A stretch of DNA of 59,607 bases, filler included, from Sphacelaria rigidula (Eukaryota), in the NCBI GenBank assembly GCA_964200075.2. It is 6 parts of 6 records of this genome, joined end to end, with 100 filler letters (N's around TTAATTAATTAA, not from the genome) between each part and the next. Parts side by side here need not be neighbours in the genome. Positions count along the whole stretch, not along the records: positions 1 to 9,852 come from CAXNAA020007631.1; positions 9,953 to 19,804 come from CAXNAA020007632.1; 4 more parts are not named here. The stretch is one strand, 5' to 3'. The notes under the pieces were generated by a model. The model did no database searches. It was not told the DNA's origin and saw nothing but the letters and a program-made list of their open reading frames with translations. A program made the translations under genes and the position numbers. Positions 1 through 12,432 of this stretch are shown here, in pieces; position 1 is the first letter of the stretch; every line of letters begins with the position of its first letter.

Positions 1-120
1 CCGTGCGCCAGTCGACTTCTCTTTGTCCCTTTTTTTTTTTTTTTTTAAGGGGTCGGAATAATGATTTGACGAAGAGATACCGCATAACGAGAAGAGAACA
101 TTGCTATGCATAAGCCGTTC

Positions 121-1260
121 ACTGGAAATATTCATGTAAAAGCAGCGGCCAGCGGCATCGCCGTCTCAGGTCGGCGACTTCCAAACAGTACTGTAATGCG
201 TGTCAGAACTGTGTGCTTTCTGGATCGCATCGGAATTTGAACACCCCGGGGCCGCCGTGTCGGGAGGACCGCACGGACCTCATGAGTGCAGGGACCCCGG
301 CCCAAGCGAAGCTGCGCCACGCATCTATCGAGCCAGCGGTAGCGAAGCCAGCCGAGGTAATTAGAGCGACACGACAAGACCGCAGTGTGCATCGAAAGGG
401 AGGATAGCGAGGATTCCAAAACTATGATTTTTGGCACCCGTAATTTTCGTGGAAGTCACTCTCGCATGCGGATTGTGGTGGTAAAGAGTTGGCAACAGTG
501 TATTCAAGGGAGGTGTCGTCGTTGACATGACCGCTTCGACGAACTGATGCTCGGTACTTGAAGGTACCAGGTGCCAAGACGACCCCTCTGCTTGGTACGA
601 ACAGGTACCAGATGCCGAAACGATTTTCTGCTTGGAACTCGCAGGTACCGAAGTTTGGTTTGCATGCGGTCCACGTTTGTTATCCTCGGCAGCTTCAAGG
701 TAGACACACAATTAAAGACCACGAATCTTGCGAGATGACATCGCGGTGACTTGGTCTTTGCGTGTTGACCTTGAAGCTGCTTTAGATGAAGTGGACCATG
801 CATGCAAACCAAACTTCGGTACCTGCAAGTACGGAGCAGATGGGTCGTCTTGGCATCTGGTACCCTCAAGTGCCGAGCATCAGTTCGTCGATGCGGTCTT
901 GACACGGTAGGCGCCGACACCTCCCTAAATTACACTGCGGCCAACTCCCTGCCACCGCAATCCACACGCGAGAGTGACTTACACGCGAGTTACGGGCGAT
1001 TGACTTTTGTACTTGGAAATTCCTTGCTCTACCCCCTTTCGAGGCACACTGCGTCGTCCTCGTGTCGCTTCGCCACCCCTTGCCCAAAAAATGCGCAGCC
1101 CAGGTTTGCTCGGGGCGCGGTCCCTGTCGCGATTCGTCGGTCCTGGGATGTTCAAATTTTGATGCGGGTCAAAAAGCACGCCGTCCAAGCACGCATTACA
1201 GTAGCGTACAGTACCTGTGCTCGCGCCAACAGCGGGGCATTAGATGCGATCAACATGAAC
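121..1260. mobile_element. ~1.1-kb imperfect palindrome (foldback/Mutator-like non-autonomous element)
   Basis: Arms ~190-725 and ~750-1205 are reverse complements (e.g. gaactgatgctcggtacttgaaggtaccag vs ctggtaccctcaagtgccgagcatcagttc); flanked by an exact 10-bp direct repeat TAAGCCGTTC at 111-120 and 1261-1270. Confidence 0.7.
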
Positions 1261-1409
1261 TAAGCCGTTCGACAACAGCTGGACGGCAGAGCGTATGTGG
1301 TGGAGGTGTACGTGCTGTAGGCGGCGCGTGCGAGTGTGGTTGAATGGTGTGTTGGTGCTGTGTCTAAGGTCTGGAGACATTTTCCTCATTCCCAACAGCC
1401 AACGAAGGT

Positions 1410-1670
1410 GGCATGAAATCGTTTGATGCACTAGATAGTAGGGGGAGAACGATGACTGTACTAGGAGATAGATAGTGGCCACAGAAGGAGAAACAGGGCG
1501 GAGGTGAGATATGTGAACGGTTTTCGTGTAATGAATGCAAGAAAGGTAGTGAGCACCGGAATGTTGGAGGTGTCTCTATCAGGAGTAGGAACGGTACTCT
1601 GTCTCGAAAAGGACGTGTGGTCAGTGGTCAAACGACCAAGGCAAGCAACAAATGAGTACCCTCCCTCCCC
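1410..1670 (+). mobile_element. 5'-truncated LINE 3' end, poly(C)-tailed family
   Basis: Aligns by eye with 59345-59607; ends gcaacaaatgagtac plus a C-rich tail. A 26-nt second stub lies at 1743-1768. Confidence 0.8.
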
Positions 1671-1951
1671 TCACCAAGAGCCAACTGTACCGGGCGAGCA
1701 CAACTTGATACACAGACAAAGCGCATGGAATCAAGTCCCCCCAAGCAACAAATGAGTACGCCCCCCCCACAAACACCTGTCGAAGCACGACTCGTGGTGT
1801 TGTGAGTTGGGTAAGAGAGGGCGACCTTGGTAGACGTTCGCGTTTCCGAAGGTGAAGACAAGATAATACTTCACAGTCCTACCCGCTCAACCATCCGAGG
1901 CTGCTGTAATTGTGTTGGTCAAAACTCGTTAGTCTGAATCCCGAAGTATTT

Positions 1952-2962
1952 ACACGTCGGGCAGCTCGTGAGCTAGCTCATCTGCGGGCCGTAGCCGACT
2001 TGTCGTCGATCATGTACATATGAGCCACGCCCGATAGCTCACCCAGAGTAAGCGTGCGTTGATGAGGGTACGGGTTGGAAACTCACCCAGAACAAACATG
2101 CTTCGCCCATGTACCTCTCACAGGTCACAGAGGGCAAACATGCGTACCTCATGTAGCTCTCATAGGTCACACAGGGCAAACATGCTTCGCTCATCCACCT
2201 CTCATAGCTCATCCAGGGCAAGCATGCACAGCTCATGTAGCTCTCATAGCTCACCCAGAAAAAGCATGCGCACTTTATGTAGCTTTCATAGCTAAGTAGT
2301 GAGCTACGCTAAAAAGGAGTTAGCTCCAGCTATAGGGAGCTGATCTGTCCGACATGTGGAGCTTTTTGATCTTCGTCTTCCGGTCGCGCGGGAAGAATTG
2401 CCCACAAGAGTTGAAGCCGTTCAAGAACATGAATGACGTGGGTGTATCGGATTGGAATTCCTCGTCCCCCCAACTTTTTCGATGGATTTTTTTTCAAGAC
2501 ACCCCAGACCCTAGCCTCTGAGGCTTCCCTAAAAAATCGACTGGACTACTGTTCCTGAAAGTACAGTGCAGTACAGTATGCAGTGCAGCACAGTACAATG
2601 CAGTGCAGCACAGCGCAATGCAGAACACCACGATAGCTTATCCACGGCAAACACGCGCAGCTCACGCAGCCATCAAAGCTCATCCAGGGCAAACATGCGT
2701 AGGTCACGTAGCTTTCATAGTTCATCCAGGGCAAACACACGTAGCTCATCTAGCTCTCATAGATTACCCATGGCGAACATGTGCTGATGAGTTACGGGTG
2801 GGGGAGCTCATCTAGGGCGAACATGCGTAGCTCACGTAGCTCCCATAGTTCACCTAGTGCAAACATGCGTAGCTCATGCCCATGCCGCTCTCGTAGCTCA
2901 GTAGGGAGGAACGCTAAAAGAGAGCTAGGTTGAGCTACAGGGAGCTGATCTGTCTGACGTGT
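1952..2962. repeat. Two arrays of a ~42-bp minisatellite with shared ends; possible CACTA/EnSpm-like non-autonomous element
   Basis: Unit ~CATCCAGGGCAAACATGCGTAGCTCATGTAGCTCTCATAGCT at ~2030-2295 and ~2635-2900; both arrays end in AGGGAGCTGATCTGTCyGACrTGTGGAG, which is inverse to ACACGTCGGGCAGCTC at 1952. Confidence 0.7.
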
Positions 2963-4537
2963 GGAGGTACTTGTGCGCACCCGATCTACTAACGGGAATC
3001 TGCGCCTACACTACCCCAGTGTCGTTTCTTTCCAATAATATTGAGGCGGCATTTTGGGAGATTAGGCGTTCAGACACAGCGCACCCGTCGTTTGATGAAG
3101 CCGAAAATTCACTGATGTGTAGGGTGATATGCCGCAAGCAGGTGTTGACGCACCAGTCCCGGCGATCCAAGGCGTTCTGTGCGCTGCATGGCTTGAAATG
3201 ATCGTGCACGATAGCCAAACTCCTTTCGGAACCTTTTTGATCTTCAAATGTCAACTATAGAGAATAAATCAAAACCACAACATATCTTACCAGGATAGTC
3301 GTTCAAAATTTGGCCCGCGTATGGGTCGATGCTCCCAGTAACACGGGTGATGAGCCCCATTCAGGCTTCATCATGTCTTTGAGGTTGCTCCCGTTGGGGC
3401 TCATACGCCGTCTCGCACAAGACGTGATCATAGAGTCGATTCGAAGTCAACCGTGTCTTCTGCCAAGGGCCGCTGTGAAGCTGTTCGGAAAGGGGGCAAC
3501 GTCCATTCACAGACAATACCGCAAACTCTCAGAATGTCATCAAGAGAGACTGACCGTGACGGGGGCGTTGATCTTTTCTTCCACCAGAATCAACCTGCGA
3601 TTTTGTGGACGCGGATCGCACGTGAATATTTTTTAGCCTTCTCCAACATGCACCTCCTCACCGACCTTTTGCGGACTTTTCAACCGTTTCACTCGCTCTC
3701 AGACCGTGTCTTCTGATTTTATTTCGACTCGAACGAATTCGTCAGGCGATATTGATTTAGTTCGTGTTGCCATGTTTGGATCCGAGCGAGTTTGCACGCT
3801 TTCGATTGAAAAGCGAAGCAAAGTTCGTGAAGCGTTACTCGTTCAACTGTATTCAATACACACAGTACAGTGCTGTCTTTCCTGTCTACAAAGTGGGTGT
3901 TTCGTATATAGTGGGACGTGAATAAGAAGGGGGCAACGAGCAGTACAGATAGCACGCGACTGGCCATACTCTCTTCACACAGAAGGATGTGAAAAAGATT
4001 TGAACAACATGCAGTTTGGCACTGCCTGTACTGTCCATGACCGTGTTCGCAAGTCGGTCGTACACCCTACCACGCAGTTCCGTCGCTGATCCTTTGGATG
4101 AAAAAGATGCTCAAGTTTCATCAACAATGAATACTACATGCACAACCAACTACTACAGTGTATTTATCCCTGTGCTCAACTCGTGCTCCATGCTGAGGGG
4201 TTGCGGTGAAAGCTGAGAATGAGTTGTGCGAGGTTTGCATGCATCTGTGAAGGAAGGGTATCTGGCGCGGTGCTCCGCAAGATGGGAGGCAAGTGCCCCG
4301 TCGTACCTTTCCTCCGCGTGCTTACAACCGACAAAACCAAGCTCTTCTATTTTTCACCCTGCCCGTCGCGCGCAAACAACAATTGAATGGACTTGAAGCC
4401 ATTTGAGAACATATATGCCGTGGACGTATCAGATACGAGCTCATGACGACCAGCTCGATTCCATCGCGCGCTTTTCAAGTCGAATTCTATCGTGTAAGAC
4501 ATGGCCTCAGCGTGCGACAGAAAGCAATTTGCTCTTT

Positions 4538-4699
4538 ACACGGATCGATCGCGGGTGTCCCAGCCCTGCGGAGGCGTGGTCCGCGCCGTACAGTCGGTAC
4601 GGAACTGCCGGCTCCAAGCACGGATCGATCGCGGCTATTCCAGCCCTGCCGAGGCGTGGTCAGCGTGGTATAGTCGATAAGGTACTGCCGGCTCCAACA
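4538..4699 (+). repeat. Tandem duplication of ~81 bp
   Basis: cacggatcgatcgcgg...ccagccctgc.gaggcgtggtc...actgccggctccaa occurs twice head-to-tail. Confidence 0.85.
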
Positions 4700-5099
4700 C
4701 AGTGCCAATTTTGTTTTGCATATCTGCATAGACATCCTCGGGCCGAAGCTCGAAAGAGTAGGGCGCGTGCACTGCGCCAAGTTGACGGGGGGGTTTTAGT
4801 GGGTCAGACCGCCACACTGCCTTGAGCACAGCTTGCGAACGCTCGAGGCGCCTGCCCCATTTGACTGCCGTGAGGCAGTCTAGCCAAGCCTTCGGGTATT
4901 CGGCACACGAACCCGCTTGCGCGGTAAGACCATTTTTTATGGCAGTCACCGATCTCGATTATACGTAGACTGGGGGAACTCTGGTCGGGAAACGCCTACT
5001 ACGGCTCCCAATTTGGCCCAAACGGGGGAAGCTCAGATTCGCATGTCACGATCTGAGAACGGTTTCCACCCAACCCGAGTTCAGATCGGGGGCAAATCG

Positions 5100-5370
5100 A
5101 TCGGCCGGCGTACATCTCCCTGTACAGGCAGATTCACAGAACCTGCCCTATACGATAGAACCAGTTCCACAGAACGTTTGAGCAGACCCGCCGGCTAAGA
5201 ATAGCCACATTTATTCTTGACTTCACTCATCACGCTCGAGAGAGACGACGTACCATAATGCGCGCGCAGCACACGGCACGACACGCACACGCACAGCACT
5301 ACAAACCACACACACGCACAGAGACGAACCATCACCAGCAGTCCTTCAACTCATGGTACACGCTTGGCAT
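5100..5370 (+). repeat. Dispersed repeat, copy A of an inverted pair
   Basis: ggccggcgtacatctccctgtacaggca...cttcaactcatggtacacgcttg; reverse complement at 8522-8795. Confidence 0.85.
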
Positions 5371-6199
5371 GTAACTCCTGAGGAGCATGTATACACCAAA
5401 GTAGATGGTTTAGCACACTCTGGCCTCGTAATAGGCACAAGAAGAGCAGTGCGATTTATTTCATCTTGTATCTGTGGAGAGGGTGAAATATGTTTCGTCC
5501 AGGGCTTTGAGGAAAATGCACGTTGCAGTCACCGCAATACACTACAGTTTATGGCCGTGAATGGGGCCCGATTTTGGGCACTATATATCGGGAAAATTGA
5601 CGGACCAACTACACAGTCAGTTGAATGCAGAAGAAATGAAACCTAAATAAGCAAATCAGTATCAGTCACAAGTACATGCGTCACTCGACATGAACGACCA
5701 CGCCCATACAAAATGTACTGTAGTTAAAGTACATTCTACAACAAACCTGTGACTGACGCTGCTGTACACCTTGACACAGGTTTACAACAACAGGAGGATA
5801 GAAGCTGTTGCTTGTGTCGTTGTTGTGCCCATCTTTCAACGCAGATTTCTCGGCAACGAAGCAGAGGATGTGACGGCGGTGTGTTACGTGCGCTTCCCAG
5901 ACATCAGAACTATTCAGCGTGGCGGCGGATTTCTGTAACGCATGCCGAGGAGGCTGCAGCACTTTGCAAACCGCCAAAATGTACCATGAAACGCGTTTTC
6001 TTCAACGTTCTGGGGCGTTTCGGAAGCCGTAATGCGAATTGAGCAACTTGGTCGCCACACTGAATACGCCTAGTGTGTGGGCCGGGGGCTGTGAAGTACC
6101 ACAGGCCGGTTCGCTTCCTGTCTTCGAGTAATATGCGATGAAAAAATTATAGCTGTCGCAAACTGAACCTAGGTAACTTCAGATGGAGCGTGTGTTCTG

Positions 6200-8247
6200 C
6201 AGTGTTGCAAATCGGATATCGATACTCGATACGATTTCGATAATATCGGTCGATACGGCGTGTATCGGTATCGCCGCTTCCCAAGCCGATATTTGTCGAT
6301 ACGTATCAATATCGATATCGGATATTGATATGGTCGATATATTTCATTTATTTCACCGGGGAGGGTGGTAGACAGCACATCGTCGCACCGCCCATCACCC
6401 CACTGCCCACCACCCCGCTAGGCTTTTGCTTCTTATGCACGCATGTTATTTCGCGTAAAACGGGGTTTTGCGCATAAGCATGTGCGTTTTTCTAAAAACA
6501 TATGTTTTTGGAAATTCGGCATAACAAAGGCATAAAAGCTAGGTTTCATGCATAACTTGGCTCATATAGTACTCCAACGGGATTATGCACCCCATTTTCA
6601 GCAGCTATTACCTGCCCACGGGTGCTCTATGTGGCGTGGTTCGAGGAGTCGTGGCGTTTGTGTTCATAATTTCTTTTTTTGAACTTTGTTGCGGGTCTGA
6701 TGACGCTTTTGGTCCTGTATGTGAGCTACTCTATTTTCATGTGAAACTGATAAATAAATAAAAAATGTGACGTTTTTCACATCAAACAGCGGCTCCCGCC
6801 AAAACGTCACACGCCAAACAGTCCAATCCACAACTGTACAGTGTACAGCGCACAGAACACAGCGCACCGACAGTACAGCAGTGAGCACTACACTACTCTG
6901 GCAGAGCAGAAAGAGGTCGAGGTGACCGAGGTGCGGATTCCGGCGCCCCAACAGCGCGACGCGAAGGAGACCGCTGAGGAGCAGAGGGCGAGAGTAAAAG
7001 CGCAGAACTTTTTTTCATCATTATTATTTGTATTTTTTTTCTTCATTTCTTTAATATTATTTCCGTTATGGCCTTCAAAACCAATGAACGAAGAAAAAGA
7101 CGAGCCAGCCTTCCTTCCAAGCAATCGTGAAATCTCGAAGAGTTCAACGTGCAGTCTTGTTTTCTTGCTGGAAAGTACGTTCCATGGGCGATGCCGCCAG
7201 GGACCCGCCAGGAACCACCTAAAGAATGACGCGAAAAAGGCGCATAAATCGCGCATACTCCACCAAAATACACATACATTGGCGCATAACGTTCACTTTT
7301 GAACATGTTTTTTTTTTTTAAACGCGCATAAAAAAAATGCGCGTAAGAAGCAAAAGCCTAACACCGGTCTGCAACATGAGCCGCCTTCAGACTTTCCGCT
7401 TTGTGAAAGGCGGAAGCGCGGAGTCTGCCGTCGACGTTTCTCCCGAACCGTTTGTTTCTGTATCTGCTTCGGCTACTGCACCAGGGGCCGTCCCAGTGCC
7501 CTCAACCAAGAGTGGAAAGAGCGGGCAGGCAGATTTACCCGCGAAGTTTTAGGTTTCTGGAGAGTATACTTCCTTGTGTAGCCGACAATGAAAAAATTGG
7601 ACCCATGCTGCCGAGTTATCCCTTGTCGGGTACAGTATGGAGAACAGAAGAAGCGAGCGCGCATTTGCTTTCATCATTATTTATCGCCTAGTGTCGACGT
7701 TTGGCGCGTTTATTATCGAATAATGAGTGCGTTCGCAGTGCGCAGTGCGTAGAGCCCAGGTGAATGCTCAGATTCGGTAGAAACATGACGGAATAGTGGC
7801 CGCGGAATATACTTTGGTATATCACCGCCTTGAACAACACAGTATCATGCATCACACCTCGAGTTGTGATCAACTACCTCATTTGCGACTTGCCCCTTGC
7901 ACGATGAACCATTTTTGTCAAACCGAAGCATCACGCCGCGTGTTGTGTTTCCACTTCTATGACGTCAGATAGCAAACCATGAACCACACACTGGGGCTGC
8001 TGTACCTTCATACAATCAGGCGTGCATCCACTCCGGGTTAGGTTGCCAGTGTCAGTGTAGTACCGTGAGGTCTTGCAAGCTGTGTCCCCATCAAGCCGTA
8101 TCGTACCGTATCGAGTATCAGTGTCGAGTATCGATACGTATCGGGTCATTTTACGCGTATCAGAAAAAATATCGGTATCGACGTCTTGAGGTCGATACGT
8201 TGAAAATATCGTATCGAACTTTTTTTTCCGTTCGATATCCAACCCTG
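6200..8247. mobile_element. Non-autonomous hAT element
   Basis: Termini CAGTGTTGCAAATCG and CGATATCCAACCCTG; 8-bp target duplication GTGTTCTG (6192-6199) / GTGTTCTA (8248-8255); ATCGAT/CGATA-rich subterminal repeats at both ends. Confidence 0.8.
6419..7360. mobile_element. Nested TIR element (hAT-like MITE)
   Basis: Near-perfect ~27-bp TIRs TAGGCTTTTGCTTCTTAtGCaCGCAT / ATGCGCGTAAGAAGCAAAAGCCTA; GCATAA subterminal motifs; target duplication not clearly preserved. Confidence 0.7.
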
Positions 8248-8521
8248 GTGTTCTATTCGGCGAAGGTTCGGCACAGGTCCGACAAAAGTCTATGACGTCG
8301 TCAATACATCTTCAATATTCTTCCGCGTTCAATTTTTTCTTCTGTTGACCACGGATTTTGGTCGGTAAGGCCTTCATTCATGGGCATTACAGTTTTCACC
8401 GCATGCGTTTGAATCGGTATCGCGAACAATGTTTGCGATACTGATGTACTGACTATCTGAAGAGTATCATCTACCAGAAACAACAAATCTGTACATGTAC
8501 AAAAGCAGGTGCATTGCCTGC

Positions 8522-8795
8522 CTGACAAGCGTGTACGATGAGTTGAAGGGCTATGGTGATGGTTTGTCTGTGCGTGTGCGTGTGTGTGTGGTTTGTAGTG
8601 CTGTGCGTGTGTGTGTCGTGCCGTGTGCTGCGCGTGCATTGTGGTACGTCGTCCCTCTCGAGCGTGGTGAGCGAATAGAAGAATGTGCTCGCTCTTAGTC
8701 CGGCGGGTCTGCTTACACGTGCTGTGGAACTGGTTCTATCGTACAGGCAGGTTCTGTAAAATTGCCTGTACAGGGAGATATACGCCGGCCGGAGA
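8522..8795 (-). repeat. Dispersed repeat, copy B of an inverted pair
   Basis: Reverse complement of 5100-5370; both translate to the same RISPCTG.FTEPA motif in the ORF track. Confidence 0.85.
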
Positions 8796-9852
8796 TCGTG
8801 GTCCCCCGAATCCGTAGGAAGCGACGTACGTACATTGACGTACGATGATGGGGCAACGGGCGTTTGATAATTGTGAAAACGCAGCAGCAGACAGTCTCGT
8901 GACAGCACAGGCCGTGCCTGCTCACGCCAGCTGCTGGAGCAGCTTCGCACGGGGTTTGACAAACGGATAAAAAGTGTTGACGCCGTATCCTGCGGCGATG
9001 GTTATGTTCTATGCTGCACTGCGCTGCTGTATGTATACAATTATAACGACATGACTGTACTATCCTACGCTCTGCTCTACCTGTACTTGCACGGTGGCGT
9101 ACGACACTGCACTCGTGAGCGCTTCACGCACACTGTTTAATGTTTTCGCGATACCGACTGTATCATCCTGTATTACCACACAGCATCATCGTGTTCGGTA
9201 ATGATGAAGAGTCGTGCACTGTATTTTACACTAATATGCCACGAGTAGGGTACTGCGGTACGACGCTGTTTTTGAAGGACGATTAACCCTTAGACGACGA
9301 ACATTGCCTCGGAACAGTTTCACAGGCTGACAGTCCGGAGACATCCGGGGTTTTTCAGTGGGCAGGAAGGGTGGTTTTTCAGGGGATGGGGGGGGGGGGG
9401 GAGTGGCCGCAGTAGGCCCGAAGGGCTAACATTGTCACCCTGGTGTGTTTGTAAGTTTCACGCGGAAGATTCTCAGCCAGAAACGAGGCCTGAGAGCGCT
9501 TCCTAACCCTTAGACAGCGGCCCCCCCGCTGGTCGACTGAGGTAGACACTACACTTTTGGGGTTCAGAATAATTCGTTTGTCACAACTCGAAACGCCTAC
9601 TCTACGGCGGAAGGGACCGGGAGTGCATAAGAGGCACATAGTTGCGTCATAACACAGACGGTGGTGTGGTTGCCGACCACCTGATTATTACGCCTCATAT
9701 TTCTGCTGTGCAGTCTGTAGTGTATCGTGCCGCAACTGCACGTGCGGTCTGCAGCGTACTGAATCTTACAGTGTTGAACGTGCCGAGGGTACGCAGCATG
9801 CGTTTGGATATCGCACCACTGTTACGGTAGAGGTGGACACCTGGTAGACACA

Positions 9853-9952
9853 NNNNNNNNNNNNNNNNNNNNNNNNNNNNNNNNNNNNNNNNNNNNTTAA
9901 TTAATTAANNNNNNNNNNNNNNNNNNNNNNNNNNNNNNNNNNNNNNNNNNNN
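9853..9952. other. Artificial spacer (N44-TTAATTAATTAA-N44)
   Basis: Identical 100-nt spacer with stops in all frames, recurring every ~9951 nt. Confidence 0.97.
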
Positions 9953-12083
9953 TTTTCTTGTGCTTTTTGCCCTTACGGATGCAAGCACCAACCCGAACCC
10001 TCTCAGAGAGACGGACGAGTGACCGCGTACAGCAATACGTACTGTACTTCAACCAAGATATGTTCTTCATTCAGTAGCGTTCATGAAACTACTATTTTTC
10101 TCTGCACAAAACTAGCCCGTGGCAACATGCGCCCCAACAACCCCACCTGACACGAGAAGAAAATGTGTCAAAAATAACGACGAAGACCGAAACCGTCTGT
10201 GACAAGCGATTTCAGCCGCATTAAACCGGGCAGGCGCACTATATAACCCGCACTATACAAGACCAGCTACTGTAATAATAATTAGTGGTGGGCGGTGGAT
10301 CCATTGGTACGGGTTACTTCACAACGCATACAGTAATTTCAAGTGATTTCATTAAAATTATTACCAGTCCCTCTACATCATTATGCATTTCATAACGCGA
10401 ACTTGATCGTAGTATGGACTCAGTCACACGTGTGTTAACCGGCCTTCTGCAGCCCGCAGCCGCAATACAGGACCGTGCTGCAAAGAGATGGTATCGAAGA
10501 CAACAACGGCCTCACAGGGAGTGCTCTGTCTTCCTGTATACGGGTTTGTGTACCAAACGTTCGCTATGAGCGTCGCCGTGCCTGTGGTATGGCTGCGGTG
10601 GTCGGGGTTGGTGTTGTAGTCCTGCATTTGCGCTCAACTTGCTCCTCCTCTTGTATCGTCCACGGTTTTGGATACGGGGCATGGAATAAGACGGTGTTAT
10701 CGTCGTCGTTGTGCGTTGTTTCATACTCCCGGACGGCATAACTCCGAGAAAAAGATGATATCAGCGTCAATGCTGCTGGCTCCCTATTGTTGGCCGTCGT
10801 GCTTTTGTTCTGGATGGCTCGTGTTGATCGGTGCCGTACAGGCAGTACGCATGCGATGCCCGCCGCCCGACCAGGGTCGGCGCATCTTGCGGTCAAGATA
10901 CAGTCGGTGCCGCGACAGAAACTATTTGGAGATGCAATGGCGAAGACGACTAAGCAATATACATACCCAACATCGGACAGATGACGTAAACATGTATCTT
11001 TCTTGCTTGTGCGACCCCGTGTGCTAAAGCATCGCCCCCTTTCGAAGGTGTACCGTAAGCTTGCTTCATGATGGCATGGTGACTGAAAATATTATCGATA
11101 TACTAAACTGTTCTGGGCCGTAGCCAGCTAGCAGAGGGGAGTGAAGCCCAGACCGGGCCTAGACATGGAAAAACCCAAACAATCCCATCTTGATGACCTC
11201 TCTGCGGTACATTGGGCTTGAGTAGCGCACGTGTGTCCATCAACACAGAAATCCTGGATAAGATCCGTTCGAGAATCATGGAAAACAATGAAAACATAGC
11301 TGATTCAAGTTTAATTATTTCATCACGACCCGTACCCATGCACTCGGTGCCTCGTGGTGAGCCGCGGCTGACGCGCTTGACAGCAGTGCCGAACGTACCA
11401 GCACCACGGATCTTGCACGCGTGGAGGTTTGAACGTATTCGCGAAAAACAATAAATGAGCCTGACATCAACCATAACTGATGAGGATGAGCAGATAAGGA
11501 CTTCCAACCGCACGGCTATCCGTAACCTCTAGTGAGGAGAAGGAAGCCTCACCGTTAGGGACGCTAATAATGGGGTGGGTGGGTGGGGGGTGTTAGACCC
11601 CGTCAAGTGTCCGAGCTGTTTGACGACATGTTACCGACCATAAATCACTTTTGTTCGTTCCCTTGGATGCACTTGACTATATAATACGTCCTAACATGGA
11701 GAAATCGTCAGTACACGCTCTCCCCATTCACCTCCACGCTGCTGGCACATCACGGGGTCGGACTTTTTTTTCAAGTGCTTTTCAAGCTCGTCCTCGAAAC
11801 CTGCAAAGAAAGAGGAGTGATTTTCCAGGGTTTTTTGCTGAGCGCGGGATGTGCCCTGTAAAGGTGACGACCCGATGCATCGTAGCATAGATCGCGAAAA
11901 AGAGTGCTCCGATCGCACACGTCACCAAGGAGGACCGGGGTGTTGAACTCGGCCCCTCAAAGTAGCCCCCCGACCAACTCGCCGACCTCAACCAAAGCAA
12001 ATGAGAAATAAACACAAACAGGGGACCAAGATGGACATTGACTTCCGCCGGGTCGCCAGTGTTGGATATTGTTCCGAAAAACA

Positions 12084-12267
12084 TCATTTTCGACTCGAAT
12101 AAAGTATTGAAAAACCGGATACGATCGTCTTGATTACAGTATGTAGCGGCGAGATATCACGCTAATAATGAACAGGAAAATCATATTTTCGACTCGGACA
12201 AAGTATTGGAAAACCGGACACAATCGTCTTGATCACAGTATTCAGCGGCAAGACATCACGCTAATAA
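12084..12267 (+). repeat. Tandem ~100-bp duplication (related copy near 15950-16045)
   Basis: ttttcgactcg.a.aaagtattg.aaaaccgga.ac.atcgtcttgat.acagtat..agcggc.aga.atcacgctaataat occurs twice. Confidence 0.8.
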
Positions 12268-12432
12268 TAAAGAGGAAAGGAAAGGATAGGATACGATGAG
12301 TTGTGACATTTTTCAGTTTTTCTTTCTGGAATTTTAGATCGCTCCATGGTTATTTTCTTTTCTGTTGGCATCCCCGGAGATGTTGCACGTGTCAAAGATA
12401 CAAATGTTGTGTACAAACGTTCAGGACGTGAA

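Noticed and set aside
2030-2900. CRISPR-like periodic repeats and repetitive ORFs
   Set aside because: Contiguous degenerate tandem units with no unique spacers and no cas genes; the ORFs are by-products of the repeat.
3000-3800. Possible decayed coding sequence on the minus strand
   Set aside because: Multiple stops and no motif I can recognise.
9283-9429. Mini piggyBac-like element (TTAA-CCCTT…AAGGG-CTAA)
   Set aside because: Inverted match is only 5 bp with an imperfect TTAA and a single copy; too weak.
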